From positions 90,210,001-90,274,000 of the forward strand of contig OX597824.1 of assembly GCA_951406725.2 (NCBI GenBank): a stretch of DNA of 64,000 nt. The letters are read 5' to 3'. The position numbers and the translations under genes were made by a program. A model generated the notes under the pieces. It worked only from the letters and a program-made list of their open reading frames with translations, was not told where the DNA came from and did no database searches. Below are positions 1 to 13,815 of this stretch, one piece after another (the stretch's first letter is position 1; each line of letters begins with the position of its first letter). The stretch is from Octopus vulgaris (Eukaryota).

Positions 1-1270
1 CTCTGTGTTTCGCTCCATGTGGGCAATAAAGAAATAACAATCAACTAACCCCCTTCCTCCGAAATTGCTGGCCTTGTGCCAAAATTCGAAACCAATAGTA
101 GTTGACTCGTTCAAAACCAACGAAAGCTCCTTCTTACTTTATCTCTTTAATTTGTTCTCTCAGTAAAGAATGAAACAATAACATTTGTTGCTCGTAGTTT
201 GTTCTGTGGTTTCAAATGAACCGCAACTGATGGTAAAATGGTTCCTGTATTGGTAATTTCTCTTAAATGATCGATGCAGGATATGCTAGAACTGCTGCTA
301 ACCCCACTTCCAGTTTTCGTTATTTTACGACCGGAAAACAACTGCTTTGATAACCTATTAGGAAGTTGAGTTTATTACAGAATATTTTTATGCTTAACTG
401 AAGAAACATGCTTTATTAAATTGGGATTAGTGAGCTCGTATTTCAACATTATGCATTTAACATAAAGTGCTTTGATGTCCCCCTTATTTCTCTCACTCAA
501 TTTGGAAATTGGGGTTCGGATTTGCAGGATTTTTGTAAGTTTCCATTGTATTTTGACCATTTACTTGTTGTATAAATGAATGAATTTGGAATCGTTGAAA
601 CGTGTAAGCTTTTCAGTCATGTGCCACTGTGCGGCACGTTCCTCAAACAAGTGTCGTCTGCTGTAGCCTCAGGCCTACCAATGCTTTGTATGTATGTGTG
701 TTTTCGTGTTTGTGTTTGTTCCCTCTTTAGCTTGACAACCGGTATTAGTTTGTTTATATCCCTGTAACTTGGCGGTTCGGCTCAAGAGCCAACTTGAATA
801 AGTATCAGATTTTAAAATCTAATATTGGAGTCGATTTGTTCGACTAAACCCTTCAGTGCAGTTCCCTCGGCATGGCTACTGTCCAATGGCTGAAACAAAT
901 AAATTAAAAATAAAAAATATATGTAAAAAAATATTTCTTACTTTTTTTACCCCTCCGCAACTGCTGCCAGCAATTTCCTGTTCAGTTTAATATACCAAAG
1001 AGTTTCTACATGGCTGCACGATAAGCAAGAAATAGCAGCTTTAATATATCTCACTTCACACTTTACCGTCTTAGATATAGTGTTAAAAAAATGTTAGATC
1101 ATCCCGCTTTCTTTAAGATAGCGTGTTAGCACTAATATAAATTTATTAACAAACAACTGTCACGATACCTCTACTGGTGAAAACAATCTCTTGAGGCAAA
1201 CATTTACCAAGCAGTACCACTATTACCTGCCCACCGGTGCTTTAAGAGTGGAATTCGGTCATTCTTTATA

Positions 1271-1647
1271 GGCACGGGCGTAGCTGTGTGGTAAAAAGTT
1301 TGCTTCCCAATCACGTGGTTCCGAGTTCAGTCTTACTTTGTGGGACCTTGGGTAAATGTCGTCTGCTGTAGCCTTGGGCCAAACTAAGCCTTCTGGGTGG
1401 ATTTGGTAGACGGTAACTAAAGAAAAGTCCATTGTGTGTGTATGTCTTTGTCCTCCACTACCGCTCGACAACCAGTCTTGAGGTTTACCTTCTCGTAACT
1501 TAGCAATTCGTTAAAAGAGACCGATAGAATAAGCACCAGGCTTCAAAAAGGTAAGTCCTGAGGTCGATTCATTCGACTAAAAGTTCCTCAAAGCGATACT
1601 CTAGCATGGCCGCAATCCAATGACTGAAACCAGTAAAAGATAAAAGA
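1271..1647 (+). mobile_element. SINE family A (tRNA-derived head, central microsatellite, AAAAGAG-type tail), diverged copy
   Basis: Matches many other copies in the window (tggctgtgtggtaag...ccttgggcaagtgtc...ccagcatggccgcagtcaaatgactgaaac). Confidence 0.8.
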
Positions 1648-1711
1648 TATGTGAACGCCGTTATAATATTGAGAATTATTAAGATATTTTATATACTCTT
1701 CTCTCTCTCTT

Positions 1712-2112
1712 TTACTCTTTTACTTGTTTCAGTCAGTTGACTGTGGCCATGCTGGAGCACCACCTTTAGTCGAGAAAATCGACCCCGGGACTTATTCTTT
1801 GTAAGCCCAGTACTTATTCTATCGGTCTCTTTTGCCGAACCGCTAAGTTACGGGGACGTAAACACACCAGCATCGGTTGTCAAGCAATGCTAGAGGGACA
1901 AACACAGACACACAAACATATACATACACACACATACATATATATATATACATATATACGACAGGCTTCTTTCAGTTTCCGTCTACCAAATCCACTCACA
2001 AGGCATTGGTCGGCCCGAGGCTATAGCAGAAGACACTTGCCCAAGATGCCACGCAGTGGGACTGAACCCAGAACCATGTGGTTGGTAGGCAAGCTACTTA
2101 CCACACAGCCAC
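1712..2112 (-). mobile_element. SINE family A
   Basis: Reverse complement of the family A consensus seen at 29631 and 57227. Confidence 0.85.
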
Positions 2113-2925
2113 TTCTAATAATAATTTGGAATTAAATTTCATCAGTATTTCAGTTTTACACTGGTTTTTTGATGAAAATATTTCAAATCATTAACGCGAG
2201 CACCTAATTAATTGGACAACAGTTCGTTCAGAATATAATATCAATTAAAGTATTGGAGACGGTTGCACTGCAAATATCCTTTTATCTCTAATTTTACTGA
2301 TTGGTCAAAACTTTCATTAATATAAATTTGCAAATCATCATCATCATCATCGTCGTCTTCATTTAACATCCGTTTTTCCACACCCATTCGTCATCTGGAA
2401 GAAACTTTGTTCCTTCCGATAAAATTCCTCTCAGGGGTCCGGAACCAATTCGCCACACATACTATTGTCGTTTAGTTTCACGTTAACCCTGATCGAGCAG
2501 ATTATCACCTTAAGACATTCTTGCCATGGTTATCCCACCTTTTCAGAAATTATAGTTTATCTTAGATTATATTATCCAATATACCCTTCGCTAACATCCT
2601 CTTCTCATACAAAAGAAAGACAATATGTTGCCAAGTGACCGGACCTGCTGAAGAACGGCTCATGTAGAGTACAGAACGGAAGGAAAAGTTTAGCTGAGAC
2701 TCGAAGCTATGATTGGACCCGTTGCCAAAATGAGGTGGAGACTCTGGATGCCATTACGCCCCACCCTAACCCTAACCCTAACCCTACTCTCTACTTTTCA
2801 ATGATGCCCCTCGGATTGAGAAAGTACAGTTAATAAAAACTACTTCCTGGAATAAACCTTTTGAAGACTTCATTCTCTTAACTTTTCTTCTCAAACCAGC
2901 ACCAAGAACGGTAATTGATTTTGAA

Positions 2926-3160
2926 AAGGCGGCGAGCTGGCAGAGTCGTTAGCACTCCGGGCGAAATGCTTAGCGGTATTTCGTCTGCAGTTACGTTGTG
3001 AGTTCAAATTCCGCCGAGGTCGGCTTTGCCTTTCATCCTTTCGGGGTCGATAAATTAAGTACCAGTTACGCACTGAGGTCGATGTAATCAACTTAATCCG
3101 TTTTTCTGTCCTTGTTTCTCCCCTCTATGTTTAGCCCCTTGTGGGTAGTAAAGAAATAGG
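2926..3160 (+). mobile_element. SINE family B, full length
   Basis: ggcggcgagctggcag head, gagttcaaattcc B-box-like motif, gaaatagg tail; flanked by ~15-bp TSD gtaattgattttgaa / gtaattaattttgaa. Confidence 0.85.
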
Positions 3161-3641
3161 TAATTAATTTTGAAGCAAAAAAAAAAAAATGAACCAAAAA
3201 GGTTGGTCAAAAAATTCCTTCGGGAGATAATAGAAAACCGAAGGAAATTATACTGAATGAAAGCAAAAAACAGTATCCACAGCAACAAATAATTGGAACA
3301 ATAGCAACAACAGCAATAAATTAGGAGTAGTACTGATGAAATGTAAATATGTTTACACACACACACACACACACATACTCACACAATATGTTGTTTTTAT
3401 TTTCGTTCTGTACAAGATTAAAGTCTCCATTTCCCCCTCCCCCTGGGGACTGTAGCTGGCATTGCTCTTCTTTACCATCATCGTCACAAACGCCAATATA
3501 TTGATATCGATGACGAGGGTGGTGGAGAAGGGGGGGTCAGCTAAAGTCTTAGGGAAAATACTGGAGACAATAATCTTTTACTGAGCGAAAACATGGACAT
3601 CCTACATATATATATATATATGTATATATGTGTGCGTGTGT

Positions 3642-4238
3642 TATTTCTTTACTACCCACAAGGGGCTAAACATAGAAGGGACAAACAAGGACAGACAAAG
3701 GGATTCAGTCGATGACATCGACCCCAGTGCGAAACTGGTACTTAATTTATCGACCCCGAAAGGATGAAAGACAAAGTCGACCTCGGCGGAATTTGAACTC
3801 AGAACGTACCTGCAGACGAAATACCTATTTCTTTACTGCCCACAAGGGGCTACACACAGAGGGGACAAACAAGGGCAGACAAACGGATTAAGTTGATTAT
3901 ATCGACCCCAGTGCGTAACTGGTATTTAATTTATCGACCCCGAAAGGATGAAAGGCAAAGTCGACCTCGGCGGAATTTGAACTCAGAACGTAGCGGCAGA
4001 CGAAATACCTATTTCTTTACTACCCACAAGGGGCTAAACACAGAGAGGACAAACAAGGACAGACAAACGGATTAAGTTGATTATATCGACCCCAGTGCGT
4101 AACTGGTACTTAATTTATCGACCCCGAAAGGATGAAGGGCAAAGTCGACCTCGGCGGAATTTGAACTCAGAACGTAACGGCAGACGAAATACCGCTAAGC
4201 ATTTTGCCCGGCGTGCTAACGTTTCTGCCAGCTCGCCG
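3642..4238 (-). mobile_element. Three tandem SINE family B units (~184-bp period)
   Basis: Unit repeated at ~3642, ~3826 and ~4009; only the last retains the head. Confidence 0.85.
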
Positions 4239-4316
<78 letters not shown>

Positions 4317-5718
4317 ACATAAAACGAGAAGGAGCGTTAATGAAGCGTATGAGCTGAATGATGATGTCTATAACTACGGAAGAAGGAGACCTTGTTATCA
4401 CTGAAATAGAGGACTATATATAATACAAACTACAAGCAGAGAACACTCACATACAGTACTCGGAGTTTGCCAGCAGCATCGGGTATGAGTTTATCCGATT
4501 TCCTCACTCGAGAACTGGCGAACGGTAGCACGTGCGTTGATCACCGATTGGAAATCGGATGAAATCACATCCGCTGATGTCGGGAAACTCCGAGTACTGA
4601 ATGTAAATGTTCCACACTTGTATGAGAGTGTGTGTAATGAGGGAGACAGAAATTGGTTACTTTCACTAAGCAACTCGTTTGGCATTGAAGTATATCTTTC
4701 ACACATTGGTCTTCCCTTGAGGCTGCCACTGGAAAAATTAATACATTCTTCTGATTTTCTGCAAGTGGAAATTTTGACTTCACAATTTGAATTATAAAAG
4801 TATCCCTTTGATCAAAAATCGTGCAACAACTCACAGACAAATATAGATTCAGAAAGGACCGTTTCGGCTTCTGAGAAAAACCATTTTTAATTATTGGCTT
4901 TTCTTTGAAGCATTTTTATTTCATTTTATTTGAACTAAAAAAAAAAACTGTAATTAATTTGAATTTCGAAAGCACTGAAACAACAAAGAACCATTTTCTC
5001 TATTTTTGGTTAGAAATTCCAAAATTTGTCCGAATCACAAGACCGAAGAGATTTCTTCTAATTCAGCTCGGCCACAATCAACCGAATCTGCAACGGTTCC
5101 ACAAACTTCAACTCCTTTAGCAGCTGATGTCGTGGAACCAACACAACTTGATATTTCTCCCAAACTTGATTTGTATAGATTAGATATGATGCCATGTCAA
5201 CGAGAATTAACAATGCATCATCCTGAAGAATGCAGTAAATAGAGAAAAACGAGACTTCTGTGCTTCGTGGTTCAGTGGCTGACTTTGGTTAGAATTCTCA
5301 GTTCAGTCTAAGACTGCTTTCTGTTATTGCTGGCGTCGTTTTTGCACATCCCAGAATCTTGACAATCGTTTCAAGTTGAGGGATTTTCTAACTGGTTCAA
5401 TGCTTTGTCAAAATGGATTAATATCAACGCCTGTTCATAGAGACTCTGACAACAAATACGTACTTTTTAATCGTATTTACAATAATATTTTTCATAACGG
5501 CATAGAAGAACTCTGATGTCGCTTTAATGAACACAGCACAACGATATTTACTGCTGTAGAGGCTTTGTCTGTTGAGCCAGAAGAATTTTTAGAAGTTTCA
5601 AATTTATTTCCTATTTCTGAACTCGTAAACATAAACAACTTGGACAGCTCGTTTTACTACGAGTTATTATTCATTGCCAAACTTTACATTTTAGAAAACA
5701 TTCCTTCTAAGAAGTTGT

Positions 5719-6239
5719 AGACGTAAGAGTAGCTGTGTGGTAAGTAGCTTGCTTACCAACCACATGGTTCCGGGTTTGGTCCCACTGCGTGGCATCTTGG
5801 GCAAGTGTCTTCTTCTATAGCCTCGGGCCGACCAAAGCCTTGTGAGTGGATTTGGTTGACAGAAACTGAAAGAAGCCCGTCGTATATATGTATGTAGGCG
5901 CAGGAGTGGTTGTGTGGTAAGTAGCTCGTTTACCAGCCACATGGTTCCGGGTTTAGTCCCACTGTGTGACATCTTGGGCAAGTGTCTTCTACTATAGCCT
6001 CGGGCTATATATATGTATATATATATGTTTGTGCGTCTGTGTTTGTCCCCCCAACATCGCTTGATAACCGATGCTGGTGTGTTTAGGTCCCCGTAACTTA
6101 GCGGTTCGGCAAAAGAAACCGATAGAATAAGTACTAGGCTCACAAAGAATAAGTCCTGGGGTCGATTTGATTCTACTAAAGGCGGTGCTCTAGCATGGCC
6201 ACAGTCAAATGACTGAAACAAGTAAAAGAGTAAAAGAAT
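5719..6239 (+). mobile_element. SINE family A with duplicated head
   Basis: Head occurs twice (~5719 and ~5897) before a single tail. Confidence 0.8.
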
Positions 6240-6469
6240 AGATGTCTGTTCGTCCCTATATCCATTTAAGGCTGCTTTTCCAGAAGTTTACAAATTGTAT
6301 GCTGCATCCTCCATAGTCGCTGCAAAGAATGCGTTTTTCAAGTCATCTTTCTCGTATCGGCATTTTATGATACATTAACAAAATAGCATTCTTGTTATAT
6401 TTAGACACTTAGATGGTGACACGAGTAAACTAAACCTTGCTAAGTTTTTCTTTAAATATCTCTGTCACA

Positions 6470-6831
6470 GGCGTGGCTGTGTGGTAAGAAGTTTGCTTCC
6501 CAACCACATAGTTGTGGGTTCACTCCGACTGCATGGCACCTTGGGCAAGCGTCTTCTACTATAGCCTCCGACCTACCAAACCCTTGTGGGTGAATTCAGT
6601 AGAGGAAACTGAAAGAAGCCCATTGCATATGTGTGTGTGTGTGTATTTGTCCCCCACCATCGCTTGACAACCGGTGTTGGTGTGTTTACGCGCTCGTAAC
6701 TTAGCAGGTCGGCAAAAGACTGCTAGAATAAAAAAAAAAAGGATACTGGGTCGATTCTTTCGACTAAACTCTTTCAAGGCGGTACTCCAGCATGGTCCCT
6801 GTCTGATGACTGAAATCTGAAAATGATAAAA
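6470..6831 (+). mobile_element. SINE family A, diverged
   Basis: Similarity to family A consensus. Confidence 0.75.
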
Positions 6832-8439
6832 CATAAGTCAAATTAAATTAAATTAATTTTAACGCTTTTTTTTTTATTTATCTAATAACTGTGTTAGTAA
6901 TTGCTAATTAAATCATTTTACAATCAGTTTATAAATTTCGTATATCAGATTTTAATTGAATATAATTCATTTAATTAAACTAATTAAATTATTTAACAAT
7001 TGTTTTATAAATTTCGTCTACAAATTTTCAATAGCCTAACAAACTTTAGAATTCGTCTTCACTGCATTTGGTTTAAATATAAGGCAAATCTTCTAGATTA
7101 TTCATACATTGATTAAAATATCGATATTATTAAAATATCAGAAGTGATTAAATAGCGTAAACAAAAATCATCAACAAATATTTTCATCAACATAATATTT
7201 TAGAATTAGTGGAATTTCAGAAGTAGGACACCAAGTAAATTACTGGAACCATCATGTTTTACTGTCTTTCTTCGACAATTTCTTCCGATTTCTCCTCAAA
7301 ACGGTTGTGATTGCGATTCTGTAAAAATTTTCAAAAGTACACCCTTTCTTCATATAACTCTAAATTCTGACCCGTAAATTCGAAACGTAAAACCTCGGCC
7401 TAACCCAAAACCTTGAACTTAAGACTATAAATAATAGTTCTAAATCCTAACAAGTTACGACTCGTTGCACACTCCAATACAATGGAAAGTTGTGGTGGGC
7501 ATCAAATGGAAAATTTTTTTGCGTAGTCATTTTCTCCCAGGGTTAAAACATAATTCGAAAAGAATTTTCGAAAAAGTAAATGAATAAAAAAGTTACATCC
7601 CGTTGTGTACTATGAAACGGAGATAGGAGATATTGTGTGTGTGTAATGAAGGAGATAGAAATTTGTTACTTTCACTAAGCAACTCGTTTCGCTAGCAGCT
7701 ACATTTGACAGTGAAGTATATTTTTCACACATTGGTCTTCCCTTGAGGCTGTCACTGGAAAAATTAATACATTCTTCAGATTTTCTGCAAGTGGAAATTT
7801 TGAAAAATGGAAATTTTGAGAAATGGAAATTTTGAGAAAAGAAATTACCGATTCCTAATCGATATATAAAAGAAATTCGAAGAAATCGTCAAAAAAATTT
7901 TTTTCAATTACGGGGATTCGCATTTCCGAAATTCTACTTTCGTATTATTGCGAATTAGAGTGTCCCGTCCAAAATGTTCTGGGGTTCCTGCAAACACTAA
8001 AATCTAGCGATGGGCCTGGCTATAATGGTAGATACTTGCTCCAAGATGTCACACAGTGAGATCATACCCTAAATCACGTAGTTACGATGCAAACTTTTTC
8101 CCCACATGACCATTCCTGAAAGAACTTGTCACAATTATAAAATATTTTTCTATTCAGTCGTGTTTCTCAATGAGATGCTGTGGCATCCATGTACTTTTCA
8201 GTGGAGTGACGTACAATTTCATAGCTAGGGGCAGCAATGGTACGGTCCGCCCCGAGCAACGCTTTTATAGGTGCGACACTTTTGGAACTGCTGTATAAGT
8301 CTGCATAGACTGTATTTGCTCGGCAAGAGATACCTAGGCGATATACCACTTCTATACAACTACCAGAACCCTTTTACTGCCTCCAATACTACAATGCTCC
8401 TGCTATTGTTGAAAAAATGATATCAACAGAAAAATAACA

Positions 8440-8605
8440 TCAGCAACATACCTTAGGAATGAGAACATTGTACCCCATTAGTCAAATAAAGGGTTGAGTT
8501 TGAAATTCCACTAGAACACCCGATGAAGGCTGGAGAATACATCAGCCGAAACGTGATAACAACAAACAAGGTAAGGACACACATCTGTCCATTGTAAATA
8601 AGTAT
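8440..8605 (+). mobile_element. Degenerate copy of the Penelope-like hammerhead-containing repeat
   Basis: ataccttaggaatgagaac...cccgatgaaggctggagaatacatcagccgaaacgt matches copies at 40.8, 42.8 and 43.1 kb. Confidence 0.65.
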
Positions 8606-8847
8606 TGTGGAATAGTGATGTTTGTAGATTTGTAGTGGTACTCAGGTGGTATAGTATGGGTAATGCTACTGTTGTGCTAGTGTTACTGATGATGTAGTGG
8701 AAGCGGTAGTAGTACTCTAGTGGTACTTACGGTTTTGTCATGTTACTGTTGGCGGTGGTGTTACAGTACCGCTAGTGTGGTCGTACTAAGTGAATTAGTT
8801 TTGTGGTTTTTAGCTGTTATTGTTGCTGCAGTATGTGTCGTAGCTGC

Positions 8848-9031
8848 AGTGTAGCTAGGGAGGGACCTAGGGAGGTGGTCCGCCTCCGCCCTGGACGACG
8901 CTTTTATTGGGGTGGGGTGGAGGGAAGCACTTTTGGGTCTCCTGTATAATCTTGTATAAGCAGCGCAGGCCCGAGGGTGGGGAGGCAAACTCTGGAGCTG
9001 CCCCGGACGGCACACGCTCTAGCTGCGCCAC
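8848..9031. mobile_element. GC-rich hAT-like MITE remnant
   Basis: Imperfect inverted ends cagtgtagctag...ctagctgcgccact; related sequence at ~8199-8350 and ~11377-12228. Confidence 0.5.
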
Positions 9032-9059
9032 TTTTTGGTGCCGCTTGTTGTTGTTGTGA

Positions 9060-9068
9060 GAGTAGTAA

Positions 9069-9149
<81 letters not shown>

Positions 9150-9340
9150 GGGCTCGTCTAGTATTGCTTGTTGCTGTTTTTGGCAATGGATATTGTTGGT
9201 GGTGGTAGTGGTGGTGCTGGCGATGATGGTGTGGTCGGCGGCGGTGGTAGTGGTGACGTTCTTGTTGTTGTTGGTGGTGGTGATGGTGGTGGTGGTGGTG
9301 ATGGTGGTGGTGGTGGTGATGGTGGTGGTGGCGGTGGTGG
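9060..9340. repeat. Compound trinucleotide microsatellite (GCA)n(GTA)n ... (GGT)n
   Basis: Directly visible. Confidence 0.9.
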
Positions 9341-9654
9341 ATGAAGAAAGAGTTAAATACTTAAGTTGTCTGGCCATACTGAAACTTCTATAACGTCTGC
9401 GCTGAGGGTACGGCACCACCCACTTCCCCACTCCATACACATGCATCTATACACACACACACACACATACACATTTACACATTTTCTACCCAACAATACT
9501 TTTAAACCACCTTCTTCGCCCTCCTCCAATTTACTCCACCGTTACCGCATTGATTTATCGATCACATGATATACACGATTCGATCTCTCCTGTTACAGTC
9601 TACACCTCTTTTCCCCCTCCGTCACTCTCCCTCACAGGCAAACACATACGTATA

Positions 9655-9760
9655 ATATACACACACACATACATACATACACATATACATACATACATAC
9701 ATACAAACATACATACATATAGACATACATACATACATACATACATATAGACATACATAT

Positions 9761-9791
<31 letters not shown>

Positions 9792-10017
9792 CATACATAC
9801 ATACATACATACATACACATATACATACAAACATACATACATATATACATACATACATACATACATACATACAAACATACATACATATAGACATACATAC
9901 ATACTTACAACATACATACATACATACATACACACACATACACGCATACATACATACATACATATAGACATACATGCATACACACACACACATACATACA
10001 TACACACACATACATAC

Positions 10018-10048
<31 letters not shown>

Positions 10049-10460
10049 CATACATACACACACACATACATGCATACATACATACATACATACATACATA
10101 CATACACACACACATACATACATACATATAGACATACATGCATACACACACACACATACATACATACATACACACACATACATGCATACATACATACATG
10201 CATACATACATACATACATACATACATACATACATACATACATACATACATACATACATACATACATACATACATACATACATACATACATACATACATA
10301 CATGCATACATACACACACACATACATACATACATACATACATACATACACGGACACTTATATATGAACAGACATACACACAGATATATTCACACACACA
10401 CACACATACAAGCACACATACACACACACACACACATACAAGCACACATACACACACACA
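9655..10460. repeat. (CATA)n/(CA)n microsatellite block
   Basis: Directly visible; explains the overlapping MYVC/HTYI ORFs. Confidence 0.95.
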
Positions 10461-10558
10461 CCCTCTCTCTCCTTCTCTATCCACCCCCATTACCTTTACT
10501 TTGACAACAAAATACTCCTTTTCAAATTGTTAAAGCAGACGTATTTGGTTAGAGGTTA

Positions 10559-10595
<37 letters not shown>

Positions 10596-11073
10596 CTCTC
10601 TCTCAGACTCTCCCTTCCTCCCATCCATTCGCTCCCCTTCTCACTCTCGTCTTCCTCACACTATATCTCTCTTTCTCTTCCATACAAATCTCTCTCTTCT
10701 CCTTGCTCTCTCTCTCTTCTCTTTCCCTCTCTTTCCCTTCCTCTCTATTTCTTATCTTTAACTCTCCTACCCTCTTTTCCTCTCCTCATCCCTCTCTCTT
10801 TCCACCACCCTTCTTTCTCATTTCCATCTTCCTGAACCCCTCCTCTCCCCTCTCGCTCTCTCTCTCCTCTTTCCTCTCCCCTTATCCTTCACACAATAGC
10901 TCAAAGACTTTCTCCAAGACATTTCTCTCCCGTCTAAACTCTTTGACTTCATTCCAATCCAATTTTAGTTTCCAATACTATATTGATCTCTTAACTTACA
11001 GAACGCCTTCTCCGAAATTCCTTCTGTTTGGGGAACAACTTGACATCATCATCACCAAGATCTTCATCACCAC

Positions 11074-11122
<49 letters not shown>

Positions 11123-11258
11123 ATTATTATTATTATTATTGTTATAATTATTATTATTTTTATCATCATCATTATCATCATCATCATCATCATTACTATA
11201 ATTATTATTATTATTATTAGTATTATTATTGTTATTATTATTTTTATTATTATTATTT
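10559..11258. repeat. Polypyrimidine (CT-rich) tract followed by (ATT)n/(ATC)n microsatellite
   Basis: Directly visible. Confidence 0.85.
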
Positions 11259-11642
11259 ACGGTTTGATGGATGCGACAGTTTGTTTCCTCTTCTTACACC
11301 TGAAAGAATCAGGTGCAAGTTTGGAAAACATGTACAGGTAAATTTTCAAGGTTAACAAATTCTTCGTGAGAATTCGGTAGCGTAGCTGTGGTGGGGGGGG
11401 TGGAGAAGTGCGGTGGGGAGTGGGGCGTCATCCCACCTCCCGTCTTACCTCACCCAAAACTACATTATTGTTACGCATGTCTGTGGAGTACTCAGCCACT
11501 TGCACACCCTAGCGTCGCTAGGTAAGGACGGTCCGCTCCGGGGAGGGGGCACTTTTAAAGGGGCACCACCTTTGGGTCTGCTGCAGGCAATATGTGTTTT
11601 TTGTGGGGTACGGGGGCGGCAAACGTAAGGGTCGCTCCGAGT

Positions 11643-12196
11643 GCGAAATTTTTTTGCCCACGAGAGTTCTGGACCCCAATATTTAACTCATTTGCATACA
11701 GCCAATCAGAGCTCACCCTGACCTTATGTTAACAAACACACTTTTATCAAGTAAACTCGAGATGAAGAACGGTGTTGTAAGTCGACCGATCGCCAAATTA
11801 TGCCTGATTTTAGAAGGAGACAAGTGATTAGATAGATTTGCATCTATACCTGTTATCGGATTTTGTTAGGGCCCCATATGGTACAGATGCGGATGGGGAA
11901 AATGTGGGTAGAGGGTGATGTGCTAGCAACCCTCCCCCCTTACTGTTTTACAAAGTAAACAACAGCACAAATAACTACGCAGAGGCAGCCATGGTTGGAA
12001 CAAGAACAAGAACAACAATCATTCTTAAAAGAGAAAAGAAGCATGGTTATTCCTTACCCAAGCGACCTTGTCTTATCGCCCATCACTTGTTATGCGCTCA
12101 TAAATTAGTGTTTGATAGGTGAGCTCTGATTGGCTGTATGCAAATGAGTCCATAACTGGGGTCCGAAACTCTCGTGGGAAAAAAAAATTTTTTCGC
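11643..12196. mobile_element. MITE with ~60-75-bp terminal inverted repeats, nested in a GC-rich hAT-like element
   Basis: cccacgagag...tttgcatacagccaatcagagctcacc (11657-11717) is the inverse of ggtgagctctgattggctgtatgcaaatgag...ctctcgtggg (12118-12178). Confidence 0.75.
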
Positions 12197-12702
12197 TACC
12201 CGGGCGGCACACCCTCTAGCTGCGTCAGTACTTGCACATTATTTTCACGGGTTGGCTGTTCCGTCGATCGAACCAGCTGGAACACTCGTCGTCGTCATAA
12301 CCGACGGAGTACCAGTTCTGTCTACAACCCACCCTGCCAAGGTGTTGGTCGGGATGGGGTGCAATGTCTCTTCGCAATCCTTTTAACTAACATGACGATG
12401 TCAGGACATCAGAAGCGATTGTATATCATTTTGGTTGTAACCATTACAAAAGCGATGGTTCTGGCACGTGTTTTTCCCGTTTTTCTTTGCTTTTTAATGT
12501 CCATTAATTGAAAAGCCTCAATAATTGCTGTTCCTTGCCATTTTCTTTTTCTATTTTTTCTTTTTTTTCTTTCTCCTTTTTCGATTTGTTTCCTTGCCAC
12601 AATAGACATTCGCTGTTGATACGTCAATTATTAAAACACTGATCTCGGGTTTTTTTGTTTGTTCTGGGAAAAATGAAGTCCGGATTATTGATTGATGTTT
12701 GG

Positions 12703-12705
12703 CAC

Positions 12706-12754
<49 letters not shown>

Positions 12755-12755
12755 T

Positions 12756-12792
<37 letters not shown>

Positions 12793-12986
12793 CACACACA
12801 CAAACATCCGTGTGTGTGTGCGTGTGCGTGTGTGTGTGAGTGTGTGTGTGCGTGTGTGTGTGTGCGTGTGTGTGTGCGTGTGTGTGTGTGCGTGTGTGTG
12901 CGTGTGTGTGCGTGTATGTGTGTGCGTGTGCGCACGTGTGTGTGTGTGCGTGTGTGCGCGCGTGTGTGTGTGTGTGTGTGTGTGTG
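12703..12986. repeat. (CA)n immediately followed by (TG)n microsatellite
   Basis: Directly visible; switch point ~12805. Confidence 0.95.
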
Positions 12987-13424
12987 CTTTCTGTTGTTTG
13001 TCTGTGAGCAAGTGTCATAGAATATTTTTATCGTTTTCTGAGACGAAAGAGAGGTTCAGTAAATAGACGGAAACTACATGGAAGCCCATCGTATATACGT
13101 GTGTGCGCGCGCGCATGTGTGTCTTTATGTTTGTGCTGTTTATCTCTCACCACCGCTCGACAACGGGTGCTGGTTTGTTTACATCCCTGTAACTTAGCGT
13201 TTCAGCAAGAGAGACCGATAGAAATACACTGGTGGGGAGGGGATCTATTTGTTCGATTATACTCTTCAAGGCAGTGCACCAGCATGGCCGCAGTCCAATC
13301 GTTGAGACCAGAATAAAAGGAAGATTGCTTCTCGAGACATCCGTATCGTCGAGAACATTCCATGTGGCCATTTCGGCAACAACAACAACACTCACGCATA
13401 CATTTATCTTTCATCTTTTATTTG

Positions 13425-13815
13425 AATCAGGCATTGAACTGCGGCCATGCTGCGGCACCACATTAAAGAACTTTTGTCACCCGAATCGAGCCAACCGCTT
13501 ATTTTTTTTTAAGCCGGTTACCCATCCTATCGGTCTCTTTGGCCGAACCGCTCGGTTATAGGGCAGTAAACACACCAACACAGTCAAGCGGTGGTAGGGG
13601 ATGAACACGTCCACAAAGGCACACGCACACACACATACACACATACATATACACATACGGTTTCTTTTAGTTTCCGTCTACCAAATCCACTCACGAGGCT
13701 TTGGTCGGCCAAAGGTTATAATAGAAGGCACTTGCCCAAGGTACCATGCAGTGGGACTGAACTCTGAACCATGTGGTTTGGAAGCGAACTTTTTACCACA
13801 CAGCCACGCCTGCGC
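13425..13815 (-). mobile_element. SINE family A, diverged
   Basis: Reverse-complement similarity to family A. Confidence 0.7.

Noticed and set aside
147-560. Minus-strand ORF fragments
   Set aside because: Interrupted by stops with no recognisable motif; possibly a decayed retroelement but unsupported.
1887-2135. Recurrent peptides such as RRASFSFRLPNPLTRLWSARGYSRRHLPK and FLQLDALPNANHS
   Set aside because: Chance frames in SINE families A and C, not a gene family.
9600-10533. Long ORFs (up to 296 aa) of MYVC/HTYI repeats, and similar ORFs at 12.6, 27-28, 45.8-47 and 49.9 kb
   Set aside because: Translations of stop-free microsatellites; no coding signal.
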